DNA of 64,000 nt from Verrucomicrobiia bacterium (GTDB taxonomy: Bacteria; Zixibacteria; MSB-5A5; DSPP01): assembly GCA_035574275.1 (NCBI GenBank), contig DATLYY010000003.1, forward strand, positions 20,482-84,481, read 5' to 3'. The translations under genes were made by a program, and so were the position numbers. Under the pieces are notes generated by a model, which had not been told where the DNA came from, did not search any database, and saw only the letters and a list, made by a program, of their open reading frames with translations. This document shows positions 37,306 to 46,865 of this stretch, one piece after another; positions within the stretch are counted from its first letter, which is position 1; every line of letters begins with the position of its first letter.

Positions 37306-37859
37306 TTTTTTACCTCTCTGTTTCCATATTTTTCCGCCAGCTTTTTGACTGTGGTCACATTGCGCAAAGTGGTGGGCTGGCCGAGCGTTTTTTCCAAAAG
37401 CGGCCCGGAAAATTTGGTCTCCTTGATTGAGCTCGCGCTCAAAAGCCAATAAAGTTCCCGGCCGTGGAAATCAAAGCGGTCGATTTCGGATTCGGCGGCC
37501 AAAAACTTCTTTTTCGCCTCCGCGGAAACCGGCGCCTGCAAAAAGCCGACGTAAAGCGCGTGGCTTTTGGCGACCTCCGATTCGGAAAAAGGCCGGTAGC
37601 CGGCGATTTCGGCCAGTTCCGAACTGGAACGAATGAAGGTGGAAACCTCGTAGCCCAGCGATTTTTTCAAATGCGCTTCGATTTTCTTTTCGAGTTGCAC
37701 CGGATTTTTGGAAGAGGAATCGAAGATAACGTTGCCGCTGGCGATGAAGGTTTCGACGCTGGAGAAACCGAGGGCTTCAAAAAGCTTTTTCAACTTCTCC
37801 ATCTTCACGGTATGCCCGCCGACGTTAATGGCGCGCAGAAAAGCAATATAGGTGGGCAT
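37302..37859 (-). CDS. DUF1697-domain protein
   Basis: N-terminal YIAFLRAINVGG signature of DUF1697. Confidence 0.65.
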   Translation of the reverse strand: MPTYIAFLRAINVGGHTVKMEKLKKLFEALGFSSVETFIASGNVIFDSSSKNPVQLEKKIEAHLKKSLGYEVSTFIRSSSELAEIAGYRPFSESEVAKSHALYVGFLQAPVSAEAKKKFLAAESEIDRFDFHGRELYWLLSASSIKETKFSGPLLEKTLGQPTTLRNVTTVKKLAEKYGNREVKK

Positions 37860-37923
37860 CGGGACAAATCTATGGAAGAATGCGGATGGTAGTCAAGCAA
37901 TCGTTCACCCCATCCTTTGGCCT

Positions 37924-37965
37924 TCTTGTCCCCTCTCCGTGTCGGAGAGGGTTAGGGAGAGGTTA
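37924..37965 (-). repeat. copy 3 of the 42-nt hairpin element; its GGTTAA supplies the TAA stop of the small ORF
   Basis: CTTGTCCCCTCTCCGTGTCGGAGAGGGTTAGGGAGAGGTTAA. Confidence 0.7.
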
Positions 37966-38093
37966 AAAAATCAGCGCAAAAGCAAGCCGATTCCCAGAAT
38001 GAGCGCTGTCAGCGACAGATAAACCAGCGCGCTGATGGCCTTTCCGGAACGGTTCGGGAATCTCTGCTGAATCAGTTTGACGATGTGAATCAT
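37962..38093 (-). CDS. small ORF (43 aa) with its own promoter and SD; a -1 shift at an A4 run would yield a 40-aa TM peptide (MIHIVKLIQQRFPNRSGKAISALVYLSLTALILGIGLLLR)
   Basis: ATG 38093 follows AAGGAGAGAGG. The in-window frame ends MIHIVKLIQQRFPNRSGKGHQRAGLSVADSAHSGNRLAFALIF. The adjacent frame encodes a perfect hydrophobic helix but has no start codon, suggesting a homopolymer frameshift (AAAA at 38040-38043). Confidence 0.35.
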
Positions 38094-38135
38094 CCTCTCT
38101 CCTTTCCGCGTTGCTTACAATCCAATTGCCTCAAA

Positions 38136-38164
38136 TGAATAGCCAATTGGCGAAAAGTTGTCAA
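38136..38164 (-). promoter_or_regulatory. TTGACAACTTTT-N-TATTCA promoter for the small ORF
   Basis: Extended -35 as in the other copies, with a 17-nt spacer. Confidence 0.45.
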
Positions 38165-38174
38165 CCAAAATCGC

Positions 38175-38636
38175 TTATTGCGCCTCCACCGTCACTTCCG
38201 ATTTTATCGAGTTGGCGATGTAGCATTCCTCGTGGGCGGCGTGGTGCAGGGCGGAAAGCTCCGAAGCGGAGGGCTGCTTTTCCCTCGAAAACCGAATTTT
38301 CGGCCGGAGCGTGATGCGGGTAATGGCGTATTTTCCCTTTTCGTTTTTTTCCATCAGGCCAAACGCGTCGTCCTCGTAGGCATCGACGACAAAGCCCTGC
38401 TTGGAGGCCAGCGACAAGAAGGTGAGCATATGGCAGCTCGAAGCCGACGCCACCAAGGCCTCTTCCGGGTCAATCGCTTCCGCAACGGAGAGCGGCGCGC
38501 GGACAACTTGGGGAGAGGCGGAGGCGGGGATTTTTATCCCGCCGTCAAAGCTCCATTCATGCCCCCGGCTGTACTGCTGGCCGGTGAACTTCGCCCCGTT
38601 CCGGCTCCACGTAACTTTGGCTTCGTATTTATGCAT
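38175..38636 (-). CDS. OsmC/Ohr-family peroxiredoxin-like protein
   Basis: About 150 aa with the two conserved Cys (SSCHM...EECY) of OsmC. Confidence 0.75.
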   Translation of the reverse strand: MHKYEAKVTWSRNGAKFTGQQYSRGHEWSFDGGIKIPASASPQVVRAPLSVAEAIDPEEALVASASSCHMLTFLSLASKQGFVVDAYEDDAFGLMEKNEKGKYAITRITLRPKIRFSREKQPSASELSALHHAAHEECYIANSIKSEVTVEAQ

Positions 38637-38651
38637 TCAAAAAACTCCTTC

Positions 38652-39023
38652 CTAACCGGCATGCGTTATCATCAAACAGTACCCGTCCGGGTCGGTGACC
38701 CGGAACTCCCCGCGCGGGGCGTAAAAAGGATACTCGATTTCCCCGGCCATAACTCCTTTTTTCTGCAATTCTCCCCGAAAAGCGGCAACATCTTCACAGT
38801 AGATATAGAAGAGAACCGCCTGCGCCCGGGCATCCACCGGCTCGTCCGCGCGAGTGACCATCAAGTGCGACCCGCCCGAACGGAGCCAGGCCCAAGCCGG
38901 TTCCTTCTGGTCAGACGGCGTAAAAGTGTTGCCAACTTCGAAGCCCAGTTTTTTGTAAAACTCTATTGAACGCGGCACGCTTGCGACGTGCGCCATCGGC
39001 ACCAAGGAATGAAGCGGCTTCAC
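38652..39023 (-). CDS. VOC/glyoxalase family protein
   Basis: Glyoxalase-like fold pattern (SIEFYKKLGFE...GYCLMI). Confidence 0.65.
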   Translation of the reverse strand: MKPLHSLVPMAHVASVPRSIEFYKKLGFEVGNTFTPSDQKEPAWAWLRSGGSHLMVTRADEPVDARAQAVLFYIYCEDVAAFRGELQKKGVMAGEIEYPFYAPRGEFRVTDPDGYCLMITHAG

Positions 39024-39024
39024 C

Positions 39025-40176
39025 CTACCGTTTTCCCTCCGGCGAAACGCGCAAAATTCGCCCCTCCGGATTATCCGTCAACAAATAAAGCAACCCATCC
39101 GGCCCCTGGCGGACGTCCCGAATCCGCTCGTGCAGATAGCCCAGATAGCGTTCTTCTTTTGTAACTTTGCCATCCTTCAATTCCAGCCGCACCAAAAGCC
39201 CGGGGGTAAGTGAGCCGATAAAAACGCTCCCCCTCCACTGGGGGAAAGCGTCGCCGGTGTAAAAGCACATTCCGGAGGGGGCAATCACCGGGTCCCAATA
39301 ATAAACTGGTTGCTCCATCCCCGCTTTGGCCGTTCCTTCGCCGATTTTGGTAAGGTCGTAATCCGTGCCGTAGGTGATGACCGGCCAGCCGTAATTTTTT
39401 CCCGCTTCGGGCTGGTTCAGCTCATCCCCGCCCCGCGCCCCGTGCTCCACCGTCCAGAGTTCCCCCGTTTCGGGATCGAGCGCGGCGCACTGCACGTTGC
39501 GGTGGCCGTACGACCAGATTTCCGGCCGTGCACCCTTACGGTTGACGAACGGATTATCTTTCGGAATGGTGCCGTCCGGGTTGATGCGGACGATTTTGCC
39601 GAAGCCGTTGGACAAATCTTGCACCCGGTCCCGGTTGTAGCGATCCCCCTGTGTGACGAAAAGCGTCCCGTCCCGCCGGAAAACCAGCCGCGAACCGAAG
39701 TGAATCTGTTCCTCCACCTTCGGCACTTGGCGATAGATTATGCGTACGCTGTCCAGCCGGTTTTCAGAAAGCTTCCCCCGCGCCACGGAGGTTCCCGCCG
39801 TCCCGTCCTCCCCCGGCTCGGAAAAAGAGAGATAAACGAACCGGTTTTTTTCAAAGTCCGGGTCGAGACAAACATCCAAAAGCCCTCCCTGTCCCCGCGC
39901 CCGGACGGGAGGAACCCCTTCCAGCGGCGGCGAAAGTTTGCCACTTTGGCTAACGATTCGCAGCCGCCCCGGCCGTTCGGTAACCAGCGCCCGCCCATCG
40001 GGGAGAAATGCCAGTCCCCAGGGACGTTCCAAGCCGGAGGCAAACGTCTCCACTTTTACGGGCACTTCAATCGGCGGGGGAGTCGGCGATTTCGGCGCCT
40101 GCGTCTGGGCGGATGGATCGCGAGACGGGCTGCAAGCCCAGAGAAACGTGATGGCGAGCGGAAGCAGCCGTTTCAT
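39025..40176 (-). CDS. PQQ-dependent sugar (sorbosone/aldose) dehydrogenase lipoprotein, YliI-like
   Basis: Lipobox LWAC, followed by [26 protein letters not shown] and six-bladed beta-propeller motifs. Confidence 0.8.
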   Translation of the reverse strand: MKRLLPLAITFLWACSPSRDPSAQTQAPKSPTPPPIEVPVKVETFASGLERPWGLAFLPDGRALVTERPGRLRIVSQSGKLSPPLEGVPPVRARGQGGLLDVCLDPDFEKNRFVYLSFSEPGEDGTAGTSVARGKLSENRLDSVRIIYRQVPKVEEQIHFGSRLVFRRDGTLFVTQGDRYNRDRVQDLSNGFGKIVRINPDGTIPKDNPFVNRKGARPEIWSYGHRNVQCAALDPETGELWTVEHGARGGDELNQPEAGKNYGWPVITYGTDYDLTKIGEGTAKAGMEQPVYYWDPVIAPSGMCFYTGDAFPQWRGSVFIGSLTPGLLVRLELKDGKVTKEERYLGYLHERIRDVRQGPDGLLYLLTDNPEGRILRVSPEGKR

Positions 40177-40299
40177 CTTTTCTTTTCCGGTTCGGGATGC
40201 CGTCATGAAAATGAATAATTAACCCCGCTTTTGCCCGCCGGTCAAGCGGCCAGGATTAAACAAACCAAATGATTGCCAGAATGGACTTCGAACTACTCT

Positions 40300-41301
40300 C
40301 TATGGCTCTCCGTTCTCTCCGGCAACAAGAAGACCTTCTGCCAGTGGGCTTTTCTTTTTGGGCGTGGCCACAAAACCCCGGCTGAACTCGTTGTACGTAC
40401 CGACGATTTCCCCTTTGTCATTCATTCCGAAAGGCGCCGTGTCGGACGCACCTGGGAAATCGATGGTCGTATACTCCCCGTCTTCATAGACGAAGCCATG
40501 CTGGATTCCGTCGGCACCGCGGTAGTATCCGCTGATTGTCCCAGGATTGTTTACGCTTCTCGGCAGTGTGTTCACGGCGCCGGGGAAATCGATGGGCTCG
40601 GTTTGACCACGGCGCAGGAGGAAGCCATGGAAATGAGCTTCGGCATCCCTCCAATACCCCACAACCTCTTCTTTATCGTTGATTCCAGTAAGGACCGTTC
40701 GCGTCGTTCCTGGATAATTGTAGATTTCGTAACTGCCGGCACGCCGGATAAACCCGTGTCTTCCACCTACAGCATCGATGTAAAAGCCGACGACTGTGCC
40801 AAGGTTGTTAATCCCCTGCCCTTCGGCGAATATCGCATCAGGCGCAGGGCTGGGCAGGACGGTTATCTCTCCTCTCGGCCCCCGCAGGTACATATGCGCG
40901 TTGTCGTCCGCGTCGGTGAATATGCCGAGGGCTACTCCCCAGTCATTGATGTCCAGAAGCGTGCCACGGTCGCCGGGGCCGGCGCCCGGCACCACGACAT
41001 CCGTAAAACTGCCCTGATGATAAAGAAACCCGTGCGCACTTCCGTCCGGAGCGGCAAAGTTCCCCACAATCACGCCGGTGTTGTTGTTGCCGTAAGCGCT
41101 GGTGTAGCTGCCCATTTCGGCCGGGACATCGAATGGCAAAAGTTCGTAGGTCGTGGTAGTAGCAGCCGTGGCAGTAAATCTTAACCCAGGCACTGCGTTG
41201 TTAGATGGTAGTGGTGCGACCGGAGCGCGTTTGGTACTGCATCCAACTGCCACTAGAAAAGAGAAGAGAATTAATTTCCCTGCACTAAAACACCTGAACA
41301 T
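40300..41301 (-). CDS. lipoprotein with HAF-like (HGF) extracellular repeats
   Basis: Lipobox VGCS, plus six or more repeats of GINN.G.VVG......HGFL, resembling the HAF repeat family. Confidence 0.6.
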   Translation of the reverse strand: MFRCFSAGKLILFSFLVAVGCSTKRAPVAPLPSNNAVPGLRFTATAATTTTYELLPFDVPAEMGSYTSAYGNNNTGVIVGNFAAPDGSAHGFLYHQGSFTDVVVPGAGPGDRGTLLDINDWGVALGIFTDADDNAHMYLRGPRGEITVLPSPAPDAIFAEGQGINNLGTVVGFYIDAVGGRHGFIRRAGSYEIYNYPGTTRTVLTGINDKEEVVGYWRDAEAHFHGFLLRRGQTEPIDFPGAVNTLPRSVNNPGTISGYYRGADGIQHGFVYEDGEYTTIDFPGASDTAPFGMNDKGEIVGTYNEFSRGFVATPKKKSPLAEGLLVAGENGEP

Positions 41302-41433
41302 GGAGCCTCCCTTGAGATTATGTTAATTCAAACTAACACCGTCAATTCCCCTCGGCTCGTTTGTTGCAGCAAACTTCAACCTGTCATAAAACCCTCCCTT
41401 TCCCCAGAGTCAAACTTCTTTTCCCGATGGTGA

Positions 41434-41462
41434 TAGTATGATAAATGCCTAAAAATTGTCAA
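41434..41462 (-). promoter_or_regulatory. TTGACAATTTTT-N17-TACTAT promoter with a ~130-nt leader
   Basis: Extended -35 motif. The leader contains a 3-codon uORF. Confidence 0.4.
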
Positions 41463-41524
41463 GCCAAGGCCTATGCGTCTTGAGATCTCGTCCCGCGGTT
41501 GCACCACGACAACCGCGGTTTGGC

Positions 41525-42343
41525 TCAGCGCTTGTCGTACTCGTCGCGGCGGCGCCACCAGGGGCCATCCGGTTCGTTGCGTCCCTTGGGGGCGCGGTCG
41601 AGCCACTGGTACATCCCCCAGAGGCCGTCCAATCCGCGCGCATAGGTGGAATAGGTGTGGTAAACGACGCCGTCTTCCAGAACGAACGAGCTCATGCCCG
41701 GCCGCTCGCGCGTGTACGTGGCCACGTCGGTTCCCGTCATCGCCGCGTGGGCGACGATCACCTCGTCGCCGGTCTGACGGACCATGCGCGAGACCACCGG
41801 TACGGCGGGCTCTCTCCGATAGTTGTAATCGATGCCTCCCTGGCGCTGCTGCTCTTCGGTGAATCCGACGCTGAAGTCGAAGTTGAAATCGCTGCCGAAC
41901 GAGGACGCCCAGGGAAAGTTCCACCCCATCCGCCGTTTGTAGGCCTGCAGTTTGGCGAGCGGCGCCCGCGACACCCCCCAGAGCATCACGTCATGGTTGG
42001 CCAGATGAATGGTGAACCCGTTGAAGCCGTCCGCGATCATCGAGCAGGACGGGCAGCCCGCCGTGTAGTCAGGCCCGAACATAAAGTGATAGACGAGGAG
42101 TTGCGAGCGCCCCCGGAAAAGACCTGACAGTGAAGCGCTCCCCTCTTCGGTCTCGAATTTATACTCCTTATCGACGCGAACCCACGGCAGCTCCTGCCGC
42201 CGCCGTGCCAGTTCGTCGCTCTTCCGCGTGAGTTCCTTCTCAGCTTTGAGCAGTTCGAGCCGCGCGGCGAGCCATTCCTCACGTGTCCCGGTTTTATGCT
42301 TCGTCATTGCTCTAATCTCCTTCCGTTTTCGTTTCAAATTCAA
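41525..42343 (-). CDS. DUF899 (thioredoxin-like) family protein
   Basis: Family-typical length (about 260 aa) and a CPSC motif in a thioredoxin-like context. Confidence 0.65.
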   Translation of the reverse strand: MNLKRKRKEIRAMTKHKTGTREEWLAARLELLKAEKELTRKSDELARRRQELPWVRVDKEYKFETEEGSASLSGLFRGRSQLLVYHFMFGPDYTAGCPSCSMIADGFNGFTIHLANHDVMLWGVSRAPLAKLQAYKRRMGWNFPWASSFGSDFNFDFSVGFTEEQQRQGGIDYNYRREPAVPVVSRMVRQTGDEVIVAHAAMTGTDVATYTRERPGMSSFVLEDGVVYHTYSTYARGLDGLWGMYQWLDRAPKGRNEPDGPWWRRRDEYDKR

Positions 42344-42346
42344 ACA

Positions 42347-42937
42347 TCACGTTTTCGCGGCGGTCTTCACATCGGCCGGAATGCGTTTCTCATACTCCGC
42401 CTCCAACTTGGCGTGGTTGGACCAAAAAGGACGCGGCGGCACACCGTGCAGAATATCAGACAGGATGGCCAGGTGGATGTGCCAGCCGCCCGAAACCCCG
42501 ACCATGTTCCCCCGGGTCGCCAGCCGACGGTGCGTCAAAACAAGCAGAACCTCCTTGCCGCGTGCGGAAAGCTCAAAGGTGACTTCCGACGGGGGCCCCT
42601 TTTCTTCATGCCAGAGAAAGGTCAAAACCCGCGGCGGCTCACAGCGCACAACCTCCCCCGTGCAGCTGTACCCTTCATACTTTTGGTACTTCTCCGGCAC
42701 GGGCTCTTTGTGAGGCGACAGTTGGGAGTTGTACCAGACAAGCTCCATTTTTCCCCCGGGTTTCAGTTCCATCGGCCCGGCGGCGAACCATTGCCGCCGT
42801 TTTTCCGATTCGGTCAAGTAGGCCCAGACTCGTTCGATGGGCCCGGGCAAAACCCGCTCGATGCGAACCTCTCCGGGCCCGGTGACCGTGCCGTAGGCTT
42901 CCTGTTTGTCTTGCAGTTCCTTCGGTTTTGCATTCAT
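42347..42937 (-). CDS. SRPBCC/AHSA1-domain protein
   Basis: Activator-of-Hsp90-ATPase-like/polyketide-cyclase fold. Typical partner of ArsR regulators. Confidence 0.7.
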   Translation of the reverse strand: MNAKPKELQDKQEAYGTVTGPGEVRIERVLPGPIERVWAYLTESEKRRQWFAAGPMELKPGGKMELVWYNSQLSPHKEPVPEKYQKYEGYSCTGEVVRCEPPRVLTFLWHEEKGPPSEVTFELSARGKEVLLVLTHRRLATRGNMVGVSGGWHIHLAILSDILHGVPPRPFWSNHAKLEAEYEKRIPADVKTAAKT

Positions 42938-43314
42938 TAGGATTTTCCTTTCCTTTTAAGGGTTTTTTTCGCGGCTTCCCCCCTCATGCGATCTTCAGCT
43001 TTAAGCAATTCCTCAAGGGCATCAAGCCGGGCACTCCAAAAGGCGTGCTGGGTTTCCAGCCATTTGATGGCCTCTTCCAGCGGTTTGAAGTTGAAGGCGA
43101 GAAAATGCTCCCTTCCTTCCACCCGCCGCCGTACGAGATTTGCCCGTTCCAGAATCCGGATATGCTTGGAGACGGCATTCAGGGAAATGTCGAACGGCTT
43201 TGCCAGCTCGGTCACCCGCGCCTCCCCCTTGGACAGCCGCCGGAGAATGCCTCGCCTCGTCGGGTCGGCCAAGGCCAGAAGGGTTTCATCGATTTTATTG
43301 GCCGCCATTGCCAT
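42937..43314 (-). CDS. ArsR/SmtB-family transcriptional regulator
   Basis: LADPTRRGILRRL...ELAKPFDISLNAVSKHIRILERANLV winged-HTH region. Confidence 0.85.
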   Translation of the reverse strand: MAMAANKIDETLLALADPTRRGILRRLSKGEARVTELAKPFDISLNAVSKHIRILERANLVRRRVEGREHFLAFNFKPLEEAIKWLETQHAFWSARLDALEELLKAEDRMRGEAAKKTLKRKGKS

Positions 43315-43365
43315 TATTCAACCTCAAGGTTGAATATAATTCCAGCCCGGCTGGTTTGTCAAGGA
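43313..43365 (-). promoter_or_regulatory. divergent promoter with a 22-bp palindromic operator TATTCAACCTCAAGGTTGAATA overlapping -10 and the start
   Basis: TTGACA-N18-TATATT on the minus strand. A near-perfect inverted repeat sits at 43313-43335. Confidence 0.55.
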
Positions 43366-43443
43366 AAATTTTATATTTTGATTAGGTGTTCGGTTACTGC
43401 TTGCCCGACAAAAACTTACTTGCCGCCAAGCTCAATTTTCTTC

Positions 43444-43485
43444 TTGACAGCTTAACTCTTTATCGTATATTGACGATTAACGATA
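43444..43485 (+). promoter_or_regulatory. TTGACA-N16-TATATT promoter and ATCGT/ACGAT operator-like repeat for the arsR-arsM operon
   Basis: TTGACA at 43444-43449, and TATATT 14 nt before the ATG. Confidence 0.5.
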
Positions 43486-43863
43486 ATGAAAGAGCAAATG
43501 ACGCAAAAAAAGGCAAACCCCATACACCCCAAACGCCAAAGCGGACGGGCGGTTCGGACCGAAAACGAAGAGTTGGCCCAATTGGCCAAAGCCCTCGGCC
43601 ATCCGGCCCGGGCCGCCATTATGCGGCTTCTCTTGACCGGCGGGGAGTGCATCTGCGGCGGCATCGTCGACCGGCTGCCCTTGGCCCAGGCCACCGTATC
43701 GCAGCATCTGAAAGTGTTGAAGGAGGCGGGCTGGATTACCGGCGAGGTCGACGGCCCGCGCGTTTGCTACTGCGCCCGCCCCGGAACCCTCCAGCGTTTT
43801 CTGGCGCTGGTGCAGGCGCTCGAATTTGGAAGGGAAATGAAAGTCGAAAGGAGTAAATCATGA
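43486..43863 (+). CDS. arsR: ArsR-family metalloregulator (arsenite-type, ECICG metal site)
   Basis: [11 protein letters not shown]...CICGG...[14 protein letters not shown]. Overlaps arsM by 4 nt. Confidence 0.85.
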   Translation: MKEQMTQKKANPIHPKRQSGRAVRTENEELAQLAKALGHPARAAIMRLLLTGGECICGGIVDRLPLAQATVSQHLKVLKEAGWITGEVDGPRVCYCARPGTLQRFLALVQALEFGREMKVERSKS

Positions 43864-44648
43864 AAAAGGACATTCAGGACGCGGTGCGGGAGCATTACGG
43901 CCGCATTGCCCAAAGCCCGAAGGCGGAGGGTTGCTGCGGGGGTAACGGCTGCGGCTGTGCCACGACCGAGGCCGCGGAAAATCTTGGTTACACGGAGGTG
44001 CAACGCGCGGCCATCCCGGCAGGGGCCGATTTGGGCCTGGGCTGCGGCAATCCGCTCGCCCATGCGGCACTGAAGCTGGGCGAAACGGTGCTCGATCTCG
44101 GTTCGGGTGGAGGACTGGATGCCTTCCTCGCATCCAAGGAGGTGGGCCCCCCCGGACACGTTATTGGCGTTGATATGACCGCCGCAATGATTTCCCGCGC
44201 CCGCTCGATTGCCGCCGAGCACAACTGCGTCAATGTGGAGTTTCGACTCGGCGAAATCGAAAACCTGCCGGTGGCGGACGCTTCGGTGGATGCAGTTATC
44301 TCCAACTGCGTCATCAACCTTTCGTCCGATAAGCCGCGGGTGTTTCGGGAGGCGCTGCGCGTTCTCAAACCGGGCGGTCGAATGGTCGTGAGCGACCTGG
44401 TGCTTGTTGCCCCGCTGCCCGAGCAGGTGCGAAAATCGGTCGAGGCCTATGTCGGCTGTGTGGCCGGCGCCGCCATGAAGCAGGACTACTTGCAAATGAT
44501 TGGAGAAGCCGGTTTTGAACGGGTGGAAGTCGTGGAGGAGCGAACCTACGGCGTGGGAACCGACCTCGAAACCGAGATTGAAAAACAAACCGCCAAGGCC
44601 GTCCGCTCCATCAAAGTTCGGGCCTTCAAACCGGAATCGTCCAAATAG
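43860..44648 (+). CDS. arsM: arsenite S-adenosylmethionine methyltransferase
   Basis: Cys-rich N-terminus (CCGG.GCGC), SAM motif VLDLGSGGG, and a conserved Cys in NCVINL, as in ArsM. Confidence 0.8.
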   Translation: MKKDIQDAVREHYGRIAQSPKAEGCCGGNGCGCATTEAAENLGYTEVQRAAIPAGADLGLGCGNPLAHAALKLGETVLDLGSGGGLDAFLASKEVGPPGHVIGVDMTAAMISRARSIAAEHNCVNVEFRLGEIENLPVADASVDAVISNCVINLSSDKPRVFREALRVLKPGGRMVVSDLVLVAPLPEQVRKSVEAYVGCVAGAAMKQDYLQMIGEAGFERVEVVEERTYGVGTDLETEIEKQTAKAVRSIKVRAFKPESSK

Positions 44649-44690
44649 GCCAGAACGACCGGAAGAATTTGCGGAACCGAATGGCGGCGA

Positions 44691-45236
44691 TTATTCGCCG
44701 CCCAGTTTGGCCTTTGTCTTGGAAACCCAGTTCGGCGCGGAGTCTATTTTCTGCCGCAAAAGGAGATTCAACTGCGCGGCGTGGTGCTGCACGTGGCGCA
44801 TATTGTACATCAATAACTCCGCCACGGTCATATCCCGGTAGGGTATGCCGGCAGACCGGTGCGCCTTATCCTCCGAAAAATCCACCATCAATTTCCCAAA
44901 TTTTTGCCAGCAATGCGCAAGATAAGACAGGAGCTCCTCTTTCGTATAGACCCGATCCGGCAAAGCTCCTTCCGGATCGAACTCCGAGAGCGTAAAGGGA
45001 GCGGGAGGCGAAAACTCGTTTTCTGACGTGGGTGCGGGATAGGTCAAGTAGTAATCGAGAAAGAAAAGAGTGTGGTAAACCAAATACCAGAACCCGACGA
45101 CGTCGCTTTTTTTCCACATCGGTTTTTCTGAGAAATTTCCCCATACATCATCGGGACAGGCATGGATGGCGTTTTCCATCATATCCATAGCCGCGCCAAA
45201 TTGATTCCAGATGATGGCCTTCCAGGTTTTATCCAT
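44691..45236 (-). CDS. DinB-family (DinB_2-like) protein
   Basis: C-terminal H..HH..Q motif. The start is set to MDKTWKA. Confidence 0.55.
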   Translation of the reverse strand: MDKTWKAIIWNQFGAAMDMMENAIHACPDDVWGNFSEKPMWKKSDVVGFWYLVYHTLFFLDYYLTYPAPTSENEFSPPAPFTLSEFDPEGALPDRVYTKEELLSYLAHCWQKFGKLMVDFSEDKAHRSAGIPYRDMTVAELLMYNMRHVQHHAAQLNLLLRQKIDSAPNWVSKTKAKLGGE

Positions 45237-45237
45237 T

Positions 45238-45558
45238 TTATGATGCCTCCCGCAAACCCGTCCCTTCCCTCGCATACAGGTAGGCAGGCAACGCGCAGGA
45301 AAGGCCGATAAAGCAGTTCAAAAGGATAAAGAGGAGCGGATGCGGCCCCTTCCTTCGGCTCCGCTCCAAAAACATAAATAACCAGAAGATTCCCGAGGAA
45401 AGCAGCAAATCCGTGGTGAACGCGCTTGCCGCCGGATTGGCGAATACGGCAGCCGTTAATTTGGAGGGGCTGAAACCCTCGCTCAAAAGATGCTGAATGA
45501 AAAAGAAATATGGCAAGACCGCCCCGACAACCGCCAGCGCAAGAAATAATTTTTTCAT
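45238..45558 (-). CDS. DUF2834-like small membrane protein
   Basis: Three TM helices. The family assignment is tentative. Confidence 0.45.
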   Translation of the reverse strand: MKKLFLALAVVGAVLPYFFFIQHLLSEGFSPSKLTAAVFANPAASAFTTDLLLSSGIFWLFMFLERSRRKGPHPLLFILLNCFIGLSCALPAYLYAREGTGLREAS

Positions 45559-45586
45559 CCCGTTCCTTTCTTTTCCAATAACTTTG

Positions 45587-46858
45587 CTATTTGATCAAAA
45601 TCATCTTCCTCGTGGATTCGTACTTCCCGGCACGCAATTGGTAGAAATAAACCCCGCTTGGAAGACCGTCTGCATCAAAACGAACCGAATGTGTTCCGGC
45701 TTTCTTGGACCCGGCCACAAGCGTTCGCACCTTTCGCCCCAGAACATCGTAAACTTTCAATTCCACCGGCCCCGATGCGGGCAAGGTGAAAGAAATTGTG
45801 GTGGCGGGGTTGAATGGATTGGGGTGGTTTTGACCGAGCTGGAAATCGGTAGGTAGCTGGGACTTCGGCTCCTTCACGTCCGTGCCGACGTCCAAATACC
45901 ACAGGCCGTCCAGCCGCGCCGCCCACAGCCGGCCTGCGGTCATAACGAGGTCAAAAAGCTCTACAAATTCGTGTGCCTGAATGTTCCAATTTTGGCCGAA
46001 GTCATCCGTGTACCAAATGAAATGTTCGAGGTTGAACCGCACCCCGGCATACAGACGGGCGCCGTCGGCCGCGAGGGCCTCGACATCCCGCCCCGGAAGC
46101 CCGGCAATGTCTATTTTTTCCCAGTTTTGGGCGTTCAGATCCCCGCGGTAAACGCCGTCATCCGTCCCGGCAAATAGATAGGAACCGAGCGGAAGGGTCT
46201 CAAATACGAGCCGCTGGGCCGGCGGGGAGTTCAGGTAAACTTCCGTCCATTGCGCGCCACCCTGCGGACGGACGTAAAAATACAACGCAATGCCAGCCGT
46301 GAGATGGTTTCCGCTCGTGCCGATTGAGTTGACCCCGAACACCGAAAGCCCCTCGTTGTAGGCAGACCAAGAAGTTGAACTGGAGAGCCGCCGCACGTAC
46401 ACGCCGCTGCCGCCCGTTCCGGCATAGATGCTGTCACCGAGCACCGCCAAGCCGGTGATGGCGCCGGCCGGCAGCCCGGTGGAATAGGCCTCCCAGCTTT
46501 GTCCGCCGTCGCTCGTGCGGAAAACACCATCTTTCCACGTTCCGATATAGAGAAACGCTCCGTGCGCAAAAAGCCGGAACAAATCGTCGGTCAATCCCGG
46601 AGGCACGGCGGCCGCCCCCCAGTTGTTTCCGCCGTCCGTGCTTTTGAAGACCGAATCGGCCGTGGCAGCAAAGAGCGTCCCGTTATGCAAAACGATGGAA
46701 TAAACCAGCGTTGAACCAATTTCGGCTACCTGCACCCAGTTCTGGGACCTTGCGTTGCCGCACCACAGCACCGCCGCCAATAAAACCGCGGCTACCGCCG
46801 TTCTCTGCCTCAATACTCCAAATTGCCGCGCCTTCTCTCCCATTCCAACCGCCATTGG
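45587..46858 (-). CDS. secreted BNR/Asp-box repeat (Ycf48/sortilin-like) protein with a C-terminal Por/T9SS-type sorting domain
   Basis: Signal peptide, multiple S.DGG..W Asp-boxes, and a C-terminal NHPNPFNPATTISF...SGVYFYQL...KMILIK. The start is set to MAVGMGEK (46858) by promoter position. Confidence 0.75.
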   Translation of the reverse strand, partial: PMAVGMGEKARQFGVLRQRTAVAAVLLAAVLWCGNARSQNWVQVAEIGSTLVYSIVLHNGTLFAATADSVFKSTDGGNNWGAAAVPPGLTDDLFRLFAHGAFLYIGTWKDGVFRTSDGGQSWEAYSTGLPAGAITGLAVLGDSIYAGTGGSGVYVRRLSSSTSWSAYNEGLSVFGVNSIGTSGNHLTAGIALYFYVRPQGGAQWTEVYLNSPPAQRLVFETLPLGSYLFAGTDDGVYRGDLNAQNWEKIDIAGLPGRDVEALAADGARLYAGVRFNLEHFIWYTDDFGQNWNIQAHEFVELFDLVMTAGRLWAARLDGLWYLDVGTDVKEPKSQLPTDFQLGQNHPNPFNPATTISFTLPASGPVELKVYDVLGRKVRTLVAGSKKAGTHSVRFDADGLPSGVYFYQLRAGKYESTRKMILIK

Positions 46859-46865
46859 TGTTTTA

